A stretch of DNA of 62,879 bases, filler included, from Octopus bimaculoides (lineage: Eukaryota), in the NCBI RefSeq assembly GCF_001194135.2. It is 8 parts of 8 records of this genome, joined end to end, with 100 filler letters (N's around TTAATTAATTAA, not from the genome) between each part and the next. Parts side by side here need not be neighbours in the genome. Positions count along the whole stretch, not along the records: positions 50,649 to 56,533 come from NC_068996.1; positions 56,634 to 61,589 come from NC_068981.1; positions 61,690 to 62,879 come from NW_026366479.1; 5 more parts are not named here. One strand, written 5' to 3'. How positions within the stretch are numbered: the first letter of the stretch is position 1; each line of letters starts with the position of its first letter. The notes under the pieces are model-generated. The model worked only from the letters and a program-made list of their open reading frames with translations, was not told where the DNA came from and searched no databases. Below, in pieces: positions 51,301-62,879 of this stretch. The translations under genes were made by a program, and so were the position numbers.

Positions 51301-51886
51301 GCCTATATATACATATATAAACTTTGTCTTCACCTTTTTTAGGCCACTCTCTGCTCTATACTGTTTTCTTCCTCCATCCTTCTCTAATTCCCTTTTTCTC
51401 CTCTACTCTCCTTCACCGTTTTCTATCTGTCTCTCTTTCTCCCTCTCTTTGCTGACACGTGACCATCGTCTATCTTTCTTTTCCTTACGTAACTATCTTT
51501 TCCTGCACGGACGTTTAAACGAATGGACATGTCTTTTCTCTCTCTCTTCTACCTTGTCTCTTTTCAAAAATATGTTTCTCCCAGCGTTCACTATTTTTTC
51601 TTGTCGTTCTGGTCTAACGACCCTCCATGTTTGTTTTCGTTCGATTTCCTTGTATGTCTCCACTGTCGTGATTTTGTTCCCAACTTTGACTCTCCATAAA
51701 TCCCAAATTTTATTTTAGAGTTTATGGGAGCAACTGTGGTTGAGCGCTCGAAATGAGGAGTAGGTAGATAGCCGACAACTGATGAGGGGTCCTTTCTCGG
51801 TCTTTATTTGTCCTGTTTTCCAATTTTTCTCATTGTTTACGTATTTCATGTTATTTGCACCGTTGGTGACGTCTTGTGCCCATATA

Positions 51887-52000
51887 TGCTAGAAATAAGT
51901 CAAAACAACTCAGAGCCACAATAACGCACCGTGTCCCTTGTCAGTAAATAAGACGATGCATTATTGTGGCTATGAGTTGTTTTAACTCTTATTTCTAGCA
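51887..52000. repeat. Imperfect inverted repeat (about 47-bp arms) with TGCTAGAAATA termini
   Basis: GCTAGAAATAAG..AAAACAACTCA.AGCCACAATAA.GCA pairs with TGC.TTATTGTGGCT.TGAGTTGTTTT....CTTATTTCTAGC. Confidence 0.9.
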
Positions 52001-52037
52001 ATACTTGTGCTGAATAGCGCCCTCAGTCGCTTTAGTG

Positions 52038-52074
<37 letters not shown>

Positions 52075-52244
52075 NNNNNNNNNNNNNNNNNNNNNNNNNN
52101 NNNNNNNNNNNNNNNNNNNNNNNNNNNNNNNNNNNNNNNNNNNNNNNNNNNNNNNNNNNNNNNNNNNNNNNNNNNNNNNNNNNNNNNNNNNNNNNNNNNN
52201 NNNNNNNNNNNNNNNNNNNNNNNNNNNNNNNNNNNNNNNNNNCC

Positions 52245-52286
<42 letters not shown>

Positions 52287-52372
52287 TATAAACAATTGCA
52301 GTGTGGAAGGTGTTTATAAGCCATTTAAAAACACACAAAAACCGTTAGATTCACTTCAACATTTAAATTTAA

Positions 52373-52423
52373 TTTGTCAAAACATTTTCGTCGCTTTGAA
52401 ACCGCGACCTGTTCACTGACAAA
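52373..52423 (-). ncRNA. Putative minimal type-I hammerhead ribozyme with G3-C8 core variant
   Basis: UUUGUCA-GUGAACA-G-GUCGC-GGUUUCAAA-GCGAC-GAAA-AUGUUU-UGACAAA: 7-bp stem I, 5-bp stem II, GAAA core, near-palindromic stem III. Confidence 0.5.
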
Positions 52424-52431
52424 ATTCCGTA

Positions 52432-52585
52432 CTGCACGAGGATCAGTTAATTATGATTTTATTCAACATCTTCCCCTCTCAGATTCCCAAACTTATTGCA
52501 GGTATTTTTCAGTTTTTCTAAGCCCTGTAAAAGAACTCAGAAGGTTGGGCCTCCAGCCAGGCCTTTCGCGACACCCTTAAAGCTC
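52432..52585. mobile_element. Partial copy of the same mariner MITE interior
   Basis: Similar to 50722-50865 (GGATCAGTTAAT...GGCCTTTCGCGACA). Confidence 0.75.
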
Positions 52586-55493
52586 AGAGACCTCTCGGAA
52601 AATGGGACTAACAATGCTATTGGCAGCTAAATATCACCAAGGAAGAATTTTAAAAGAAGTCTAGAACGAAATAAGTAGCTTAACATGAGACAGGATATGA
52701 ACTTACAGTGAAGCCTTGTATAGAGCAACCGACATTTTAACAAAGTAAACAAGGACAAAATAAAAACAAAATTATGAACAATAGGAAAAGAATAATGCTT
52801 GTACGTCGCCTTCAACAATATAATAAGCAAAATCGTTGCTTTGTGACTTCAGGAAAAAAACATGCATGTATGTGTCTATGTATGCGTATATATGTGTATA
52901 TATGCTTGAATGTATGTGTGAATATGTATATAAATTTGTAGTGGAAAATATGGGTTTACAGAATCATGTGACTATCACGAAAAGCTCCTCTTGCGGACCC
53001 GGTTAACATGCCACAGAGTAAAGCATAAAAAGTCAGAAGGTATTAGAGGTGAATATATCTATTTATCCACTTGGCATGCTTAGGATTACGGCCGTTTCGT
53101 AGCCTTCTTCATGTAATAATAACTTCAGTGTATAATGGATTACTTTACATGTCTGCACTAATATGTATACTACGCATTATACAATACAATTGTATATTTG
53201 CAAATCAGTGCAGATACAGCTCACTAGAACATTATGGTAACCAATATATTCACCTCTCAAGCCTACTGACTTTTTATGCTTCATATTTTTACATTTATAT
53301 ATAATTTGTGCAACTTCACACTCTGTTCTCCGCCTATTTTCTTTGTTTCTCTTTCTCCCTCAATGTTCCTCGATATTTCTTTTTTCTCCCCTCCTTCCTT
53401 GCTGTCCCGTCTATTTTTCTTTTTTCTCCCTTCTCCTCACTCCCTTCGTTTCTTTCCTTTCTCCTCTCTCTTCTCCCCTTCCCCTCCGCCTGTAGGTCAC
53501 ACATGGCTACAAGCCATTTTTCCCGTTTCTCTGTCTTTTTTGGATGGGACGTTCAGCCAGCTGGACGTCATTTCTCTCGCCTCTCGATATTTTTTCTCTT
53601 CTACTATTTTTTCTCTCTTATTTTTTCTCTTCTACTATTTTTTCCCTTCTACATATTCTATATCCTTTCAAAATTTCTCCCAGGCGTTACCCATTACATT
53701 TCGTCTTGGCTTAATGTCTGTCTTCATCGATTGTTTACTCTGAACCTCCACTCAAGTGTCGTTTGTTCGTTAAAAGCTCTAACTCTCCATAAATTTTACA
53801 TTTTCAAAATTACTGGATGTTTCTGTCTTATGAAGTTATTTTGTCTTGCAACTCCCTTCATGTGGTACAAATGTCAGTGCGCAAGAAATTATGCGTAAGT
53901 TTGCATTAGTACGTATACACAAATTTTTTGTGCATAATTGTATATTCACAAATTAATGCAACTAAAGAAATCTAGCTCATCAGATCACCGGCACGTCATA
54001 GTTACATCACCAGTTCAAAACTAAGTAGATGCACAAAATATCAATGAAAGTAGGGCCAGAACTGGATATAAGTACATTGATTTGTTCAGTAAAAGGTAAG
54101 TATCTTAGTCAAGGTACATTGTGTTATATTATAGAAAATAATTAATGGAATAATTGAGGAGCATGTTTCACAAACTGTCCCAGTCCAGTTCCAGTTGCTA
54201 CACATGCAAACTTGAGCTAATATCAAGACCCAACACTTGCGATTTTACCTGTAATTTAAATATGCAGCCTTGTCACACACGCACATATATATACGACGAG
54301 TTTCTTTCAGTTTCTGTCTACCAAATCCACTCAGGATTTGGTCGGTTCGAGGCTATGGTAGTAGACACTTGCCCAGGGTGACATGCAGCGCGATTGGACC
54401 TGGAACCATGTGGTTGGTAAGCAAGCTACTTTCCACACACCCATTCCTACACCCAGCAATATATATGTGTGTGTGTGAGTGTGTGTGTATGTGTGCGCGT
54501 GCGCAAGTGTGTGTGTGTGTGTGTATGTATTAATGTATGTATGTATATATATATATATATATCTGTTCCTGAATGATGTGTAAAGAAATTTTGATTTAAG
54601 CATCTTAATGAATTCTTTATACTGAAATATATTGAAGAAGATAAATATGTTCTTTTGAATTTATACGTTTTTGCGTCGTAACTCCTTTATTATTATTTAT
54701 ATATATATATATGTGTGTNNNNNNNNNNNNNNNNNNNNNNNNNNNNNNNNNNNNNNNNNNNNNNNNNNNNNNNNNNNNNNNNNNNNNNNNNNNNNNNNNN
54801 NNNNNNNNNNNNNNNNNNNNNNNNNNNNNNNNNNNNNNNNNNNNNNNNNNNNNNNNNNNNNNNNNNNNNNNNNNNNNNNNNNNNNNNNNNNNNNNNNNNN
54901 NNNNNNNNNNNNNNNNNNNNNNNNNNNNNNNNNNNNNNNNNNNNNNNNNNNNNNNNNNNNNNNNNNNNNNNNNNNNNNNNNNNNNNNNNNNNNNNNNNNN
55001 NNNNNNNNNNNNNNNNNNNNNNNNNNNNNNNNNNNNNNNNNNNNNNNNNNNNNNNNNNNNNNNNNNNNNNNNNNNNNNNNNNNNNNNNNNNNNNNNNNNN
55101 NNNNNNNNNNNNNNNNNNNNNNNNNNNNNNNNNNNNNNNNNNNNNNNNNNNNNNNNNNNNNNNNNNNNNNNNNNNNNNNNNNNNNNNNNNNNNNNNNNNN
55201 NNNNNNNNNNNNNNNNNNNNNNNNNNNNNNNNNNNNNNNNNNNNNNNNNNNNNNNNNNNNNNNNNNNNNNNNNNNNNNNNNNNNNNNNNNNNNNNNNNNN
55301 NNNNNNNNNNNNNNNNNNNNNNNNNNNNNNNNNNNNNNNNNNNNNNNNNNNNNNNNNNNNNNNNNNNNNNNNNNNNNNNNNNNNNNNNNNNNNNNNNNNN
55401 NNNNNNNNNNNNNNNNNNNNNNNNNNNNNNNNNNNNNNNNNNNNNNNNNNNNNNNNNNNNNNNNNNNNNNNNNNNNNNNNNNNNNNNNNNNNN

Positions 55494-56355
55494 GTTTCCT
55501 TATTCAATCTAATTTGTGTTGGTGTATTAATGGCACATTGATAGAAAAGAAAGATTATAAATTGTGGTAGCATTTGTTTTGCGCATTTCTCAATATGCTC
55601 ACTAAAGGGTATCATTCGGTATTCTGGGCATGCAATCTGCTGTCGATGCAGAGTGCATCTGCGTCTGAGCGTTAATCCTGTGGACCCTATGTAGTTTTCG
55701 TGGCAGCCCGAGCATCTTATTACATAAATAAGGTTTTCTGAGGAACAAGTAAAGTCAGATTTAACTTTGAATTTTTGTCCCTCTTTGAAGAGGAATTCTG
55801 AACCTTCTAGAAGGTTTGGGCATGTTACGCAATTTGGACGACCACATCTTTTCACTTTCGTATCTGTTATTTTGAAAAATAATTTTGCCTTTGTGAGGAT
55901 CTTTTTCAGTGATTTTGGTTGTTTGTAGCTTTTAATGATTTTGTGTGTGTGTAAAATTTCTTTTAATTTGGGGTCCTTATGTAGCATTGGTATGTTTTGG
56001 GTGATGATGGTGAAGGCTTCTTTGTTTCTGGGGTTGTATGTGGATATGTATGGCAGTATTTTCGGGGAAGGTGTGTTGCTGTGTCTAACTTTTCTTAAGT
56101 TTTTTTTATGTCGATTTGTGATGCACGTCTGATTCCATCCTCTATGAGTTGAACTGGGTAGTGTCTGTCAATTAGTGTGTTTTTGAGTTCTTGTAGTCTA
56201 TAGTCTCTAGTATTTTGTTCTGACACTATTGTGCATATCCTTCTTGCAAGGTTGAAGGGGATGTTTGTTTTAGTGTGTCTTGGGTGGCATGAATCAAATA
56301 GTAGATATTGTTTGGCGTCTGTGGTTTTGTAAAATATGCCCGTTTCTATTTTTAG
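55494..56355 (-). mobile_element. Penelope-like element, 5'-truncated: RT thumb, linker and GIY-YIG endonuclease
   Basis: FYKTTD..QYL.F.SCHP.H...NIPF.LARRI, LPYISTYNP, C....C..C, NLIYVIRCSGCHENYIG.T. One frameshift at the T8 run 56100-56107. Runs into an N gap at its 3' end. Confidence 0.93.
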
Positions 56356-56403
56356 ATATATAGAAAAATAAGAGGAATGACCAGCAAAAGTGGACTCCAA
56401 TAT

Positions 56404-56533
56404 GCTAGAAATAGATGCCGAATCATCTAACCACGAAAAATATGTTCTCAGTAAAAATTTAGCGACACAACAGACTAAATTTTTACTGAGAACATATTTT
56501 TCGTGGTTAGATGATTCGGCATCTATTTCTAGC
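56404..56533. repeat. Perfect 59-bp inverted repeat with 12-nt loop
   Basis: 56404-56462 is the exact reverse complement of 56475-56533; loop CGACACAACAGA. Confidence 0.97.
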
Positions 56534-56633
56534 NNNNNNNNNNNNNNNNNNNNNNNNNNNNNNNNNNNNNNNNNNNNTTAATTAATTAANNNNNNNNNNN
56601 NNNNNNNNNNNNNNNNNNNNNNNNNNNNNNNNN

Positions 56634-56659
<26 letters not shown>

Positions 56660-56667
<8 letters not shown>

Positions 56668-57530
56668 GGCAGAAGCATTATGGCATAGGATGAAATGGTT
56701 TGTGTTATTTAGGTACAGCTCTTTATAGTCTGGATTCAAATCCTGCCAAGATCAACTTTGCCTTTCAACCCTTGAGGATCAATAAAATAAAGTGCTAAAT
56801 AATTATTGATAGCATTAAAAAGAAAAGAAAAACGCTTTTGCAATCAAATTGGTGTCTTTGATAAATACTTTTTCCCACCAGGGTCGACTTTGCCTTTCAT
56901 CCTTTCGGAGTCGATAAAATAAGTATCAGTTGAGTACTGGGGTCGATGTAATCAATTATCTCCCTCCCCAAAATATAAGGCCTTGTGCTTTTAGTAGAAA
57001 GGATTATTATTTTATTCTTCATTAAGACAGCAATCTAGCAGTAACATTAGAACATCAAACAAAATGCTAAGTGGCATTTTATCCATCTGTACATTCTGAG
57101 TTCAAATTCTGCCAAGATCAACTTTGTCTTCCATCCTTTTGAGGTTGACTTTGCCTTCTATCCTTTTCGGGTCGATAAAATAAGCACCAGTTGAGCACTG
57201 GGAGGTCAATGTAATCAACTTGCTTCTCCACACACGCACACACACACCCCAAAGAATTACTAGCCTTATACCAAAATTTAAAACCATTTGTTTATTCCTC
57301 ATTAAGATGAAGATCTGGCAGAATTGTTGGTGCATTGGAAAAAAAATACTTGAGGTACTTTTTCCAGCTTTTTACATTCTAAGATCAAATTCCACCAAGG
57401 TCATCTTTGCCTTTTTTTCCTTTTGGAGTCAATAAAATAAATACAAGTTGAACACTGGTGTCAATATAATCAGGTAACCCTCTCCCTTTAAAATTGCTGG
57501 CCTTGTTCCAAAATTTGAAACCATTATTTT
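56660..57530 (+). mobile_element. Cluster of four head-to-tail copies of SINE family C
   Basis: Each carries GTTCAAATTC(T/C)GCC.AGGTCGACTTTGCCTTTCATCCTTT.GGGGTCGATAAAATAAGTACCAG-like sequence. Further copies near 1050-1270, 2040-2170, 2780-3180, 5480-5820, 9065-9180, 39670-39850, 43325-43409, 58160-58260, 59630-59710 and 60030-60350. Confidence 0.8.
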
Positions 57531-58399
57531 ATTCTTCATTCTTCTTTTATTTTTATTCTTCATTTTAGGGGGAACTACAAATGTGATGCCATTTCTTTAC
57601 AAAGATATTGTGCAAAATAAAACAGAGGTGCCATTTTTGTTATTATTAAAAGAAATTATTATTTTTTAAATTTATATTGTAAGTTTTTGCTATGTAACTA
57701 TGCACAGTTGTGTGTATTTTGGATATACGCTATGTTTTATTCTGGTTTTGTGTTTTCTATTGTATTCACATTCCTCTGCTTGCAGTGCCTAGTTGTACTA
57801 TACTCTGTATGTAAACCCTGGGATTTTGGTCACATATTTGCTTCGTTTTTTTAAGCATTCCCAAGGTGCCTATTATTATATGAACTGCATCTCTTTTCAT
57901 TCTCTATATTCTGGTTATTTCTAATTCCAGGTTATTATATTTGAATAATTTATCCATTTCTTTTAGTAACACATTATTGTTTGTTGGCATTGATATGTCA
58001 TTTCTTTTGATCATCCTTGACAACGATAACTTATCAATACACTTGATCCCTCTGCCTGTGTGGATTGGAAAATCCCTGAGCCTGTTTGCATTTTCATTCT
58101 CTAAGACCTGTTTTGGTGTATATTTATACAATTTCTTTTCTGTTGGCATTTCATTATATCAACAGTAAGAAAGCTGGTCAAAATACTTATCAGCATTTTT
58201 TCCAGTTTTATGTTCTAAGTTCAAATTCTACTTTGCCTTTCAACCTTGCAGGATTTTCTGGCTAAATTTGAAAGTTTGCATGAAAGGTAAAGAAAACACA
58301 ATATCCCACCTAAAACAAAAATTATTTTTAAAACTCTAAAAACATCAACTTGATTATGGCTGGGAAATAACAGTTTACTCAAAGTAACTGTCCACAGCT

Positions 58400-59560
58400 T
58401 CCACCACAGCTTCAAGACAGCTCCAGAACTTGGTGCATGCATTCCTTATTGTATCTCCGGGAAGATCTTCCTTGATCTTGGCCACCTGTACAGCTATGGT
58501 GTTGCAAGCAGAGTAGTTGCTGTCTTTTTTAACTGCGCCCTACACATAACAATCTATGGAATTAAAATCAAAGGAATTAGGAGGTCGGAAATTGGGGCTG
58601 GTGAAGTTGTAGAAACTTTCTGACAACCAATTCTGGCCCTTTCCAGAGGAATAGCAAAGAGCCAGATCCTGCTGCCACACATATAGCCTTCCTGCAGCTA
58701 CTACTTTTGACTCTTTTTGGAAGTATAACAATGAGCCGAATCTTGCTGCCACACATATAGCCTTCTAGCTGCAACCCTCTCCAGCCAAAATTTGATTTCA
58801 GTCTCCAGTAGCTTCACATAGTCATCTGAATTGAGCCTAAGGCCCTGTTTAAAGATATGGGGTTGCATGATGTCACCCTCACAGGAGACACCCAAAGATC
58901 ATCACACTTTGGGGGAGCTTGGTTTTCATGACACATGGGACATCACATGGATTGTAGGCAAACCTACAATCCAGATTGTTCTGAGTATTGTGCAACTAAT
59001 TCTGGCAAAAGTTCTTTTCATCTGAGAAGAACCAGATCCTCTCTGGCTCAACAGGATGCCTCAACTTTTCTGGGGTCATCTATGCCTTTGTCAAGCAGTT
59101 ATCTTTGGCTTTGGCTGTCAGAATTTTTCCCTTGTGCCTCTTGTATGAGTAGTAGTAAAGGTTTTCATTTAGGGCCAGCTTCGTGGTGGTGACTCCGTCA
59201 CCTGCCTCTCTCACTAAAGCTTGAATTCCTTTGCTCAGATTTTCCATCACCTTACCCTGCAGTTGTTGGATGAATTCCAATGTGCAGACACAGTCAGAAT
59301 GCCTGCTGTGTCCATTCCTGCTGACCACAGCTTCATAGTCTCTGTTGCAGTTGTCCATGTCATATCTTACAGCCATCACAGTATTCAAAGAACATTGAGC
59401 AGCTGTCACAATATCAGCATTTTGACACCTGATGTGAATCATTATGATATAGGTAACTTCTTTTCTAATATTCAGATGACTTTCAGTCCTCCATGTCAGC
59501 TGACTATTTCTCAAATACAACTTTAATCTTCATGCTCTCCAATGCTGTTGACTGTTCACC
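58400..59560 (-). mobile_element. Degenerate Tc1/mariner-superfamily transposase, maT/DD37D-like
   Basis: GVS.EGDIM.PH.F..GLRLNSDDY..LLE...K.WL...AA.R.YVWQQDSA and P.NS.D.N..D.YV; N-terminal HTH-like part; frameshifted. Confidence 0.8.
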
Positions 59561-61350
59561 AATACATTAGGCTGTCTCTTACGAAAAGAGACATAAAATA
59601 TCATCAAATTTAGCCGAAACGCTCTGCAAGTACCAGCTGAACACTGAGGTCAATGTAATCAAATGGCCTCTCCCTACAAAATTTGAAGCCTTGTGTCTAT
59701 AGTAGAAAGAATTGTTGTTGTTGTTTTTGTTGTTGTGGTGGTGGTGGTGGTGGTGGTGGTGGTCGTCGTCGTCGTTGTGGTCATTGTCATTGTCATCATG
59801 GTTGTGGTGGTCATGGTGGTTGTCATGATGGTAATCAGAATATCAGATAGGCAGGTTGTTGTGCATAATATGTAATTTTGGGATTGATAAAGCATCGGTT
59901 ATGAACCCACAATGATTTCCTTGATTAAACTTTTCCTCAAACCATGCAGCCTTGTGCTTATTCTAGAAATGATGATGAAGATGATGATCATCATCATGAT
60001 CATCATCATTAATAGTAGAAAAGATTATTATTATTATTAAGATGTTGAGCTGGTACAATTGGTAGAACACTGGAGAAAATGCTTTGCAGTATTTAGTTAT
60101 ATCCGTTTGTTTTAAAAATAAATCTTGCAAGGATAGATCTGTGATCTACTGAGAGTTGGCTCAGTTAACAATATCTACTCCTCAAAATGTGTGTGCTATT
60201 ATGTCTTATCTAAAAAAATCTCTATTATTATATTAGGATGGTGAGAAGCAGAATTGTTAAAAACACAGATCAAATGTCCTGTAATATTTAGTTACATTCT
60301 TTCACATTCAGAGTTCAAAACTGTCAGATCAGCTTTGCCATTCATTTTTCTGCTGACAAAGACAAAAATGACAACTATGACGACATCAGCAGAGGTGACA
60401 GTAGTGGTAGCAGTGAGGAGGAGGAGGCGGAGTAAGATAAAGGTTTGAAGGGAATTAACAAGTCCATTCTTAAAATCAAACCATAAGTTTGTTCCGAATG
60501 CTGGTTTTAATCCTAATCCAAGTACATTCAAGTGCTTCCAGTAAATCGAATAATGGAATATTTCAAAGGTGAAATGTCAAAATGTCTCAAAGTAAATGAA
60601 AAAAATTAGATACTGTGAGATTAAGACTGCATTTGAGAAAAGTGAACTTGTATGGGTGTATGTGATGTAAGAATGCATGAGCACACACACACACACACAC
60701 ACACACAACAGGTTTCTTTCAGTTTCAGTCTGCCAAATCCATTCACAAGGCTTTAGTTGGCCTGAGGCAACCTGGAACAATGTGGTTAGGAAGCAAGCTT
60801 CTTACTACAGTCACACCTATCATCATCATCATCATCATCGTTTAACGTCCGCTTTCCATGCTNNNNNNNNNNATATATATATATATATATATGTAGATAT
60901 ATATGCATGTCTATGTAAGTATGTGCATGTATGTATAAACATATATATGTATATACGTTACACATGTCACTCAAATGTACCAGTATGTGAACACAGAAAA
61001 TAATATTTATATATAAAATTATTTAACACACATATCTGCACATACACACACATACATATTATATCTATATTTCATCATCTTCATCATTATGATTTAATGT
61101 CCATCATTATGATTTAATGTCCATGTTCCTTGCTAGCATAAGTTGGACAGTTAGACAATATCTGATGGGTCCAAGGATGGTATCATGCTACAGCGTCTGC
61201 CTTTGAATAGTTTCTACAACTGAATGCTCATCCTTATGCCAACGACTTTACAGTGTGTTATGAAGGTCGGCAATGGTCTTCCTCGGTCACGAGTGGACGG
61301 CTATGTATGTATGTATGTATGTATATATATATATTTGTATATATATATGT

Positions 61351-61589
61351 ATCATCGTCATCATCATCATCGTTTAATGTCCGCTTTCCATGCTAGCATG
61401 GGTTGGACGATTTGACTGAGGACTGGTGAAACCGGATGGCAACACCAGGCTCCAGTCTAATTTGGCAGAGTTTCTACAGCTGGATGCCCTTCCTAACGCC
61501 AACCACTCAGAGAGTGTAGTGGGTGCTTTTACGTGTCACCCGCACGAAAACGGCCACGCTCGAAATGGTGTCTTTTATGTGCCACCCGC
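61351..61589 (-). mobile_element. Family B copy (young), cut by a spacer gap
   Basis: Near-identical to 28453-28601. Confidence 0.85.
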
Positions 61590-62004
61590 NNNNNNNNNNN
61601 NNNNNNNNNNNNNNNNNNNNNNNNNNNNNNNNNTTAATTAATTAANNNNNNNNNNNNNNNNNNNNNNNNNNNNNNNNNNNNNNNNNNNNAAAATCTAAGC
61701 TAAGAGCACTAGATTCCTTGGAAGAAAGCAAGCGAATGTTTACGAAAAGAAGGACAAAAAATACGGAGAAATGGTACACAAATACAAATGCAAACAACAG
61801 GTCATTAACAACAGGTGTCTTACGACTAAGGACAAATTTAAGCTGGCGTGCATAGAAGTGAAACCTTACGTCAAAGACATAAGAAGTGACAGTCATGAGA
61901 AGGAATATAGATGTTGCACGGATAGTAGTCGAACCAAGAAAGGAATGTCAGGCTTGGCGGAACACCGGTCACGTGGAAGGAGAGGAGAGAGATGGAGGCT
62001 GAAT

Positions 62005-62006
62005 GC

Positions 62007-62090
<84 letters not shown>

Positions 62091-62170
62091 ATATTTATAT
62101 GTATATACATATATTTATATGTATATATATATATATGTATATATATATATTTATATGTATATATGCATAT

Positions 62171-62211
<41 letters not shown>

Positions 62212-62220
62212 TATATATAA
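62005..62220. repeat. (AT)n-rich tract
   Basis: Direct reading. Confidence 0.95.
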
Positions 62221-62290
62221 CTAAACACGTGAGTGCGCGAGCGTTTGCATGTGTACGTGTGTGTGCATGTACATATAAATATCTATCATA

Positions 62291-62860
<570 letters not shown>

Positions 62861-62879
62861 CAGGCATTCATATATATAT

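Noticed and set aside
51779-51820. CTGATGAGGGG...CTC as a hammerhead
   Set aside because: No GAAA follows stem II; at best a decayed remnant.
33219-55570. Long ORFs of 150-450 aa in the ORF track
   Set aside because: They are runs of X across N gaps plus microsatellite translations. Only the Penelope portion of 54617-55987 is real.
61690-61855. Short open frame as a possible PLE C-terminus
   Set aside because: Resemblance too weak to support, and it sits at a contig edge.

Overview
AT-rich, microsatellite-dense animal genomic DNA. The repeat families and composition point to an octopus; this is inference. The window has two parts. (1) 1-28601 is a gap-free contig. It holds an intronless UBIAD1 prenyltransferase gene (minus strand, 6802-7746) arranged head-to-head with the 5' part of MTOR (plus strand). 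I traced 12 MTOR coding exons between 12880 and 27971, all GT-AG and in consistent phase, encoding 560 codons of the N-terminal HEAT region. (2) 28602-62879 is a chain of short contigs joined by N gaps, seven of which are artificial 100-bp spacers (44N-TTAATTAATTAA-44N). I found no further MTOR exons there. It is dominated by TE debris: RTE and CR1/L2-type LINEs, two Penelope-like element (PLE) fragments, Tc1/mariner fragments and a MITE, at least three SINE-like families and long microsatellites. Highlights: an MTOR-UBIAD1 divergent pair matching the human arrangement; Asp-to-His changes in both acidic motifs of UBIAD1; a minimal hammerhead-ribozyme-like fold with a compensatory G3-C8 core (52373-52423, minus); two hairpin elements sharing TGCTAGAAATA termini; a 31-bp palindrome with an 8-bp target-site duplication; and two unassigned exon-like ORFs. 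No searches or folding programs were run. Family assignments rest on motif recognition.
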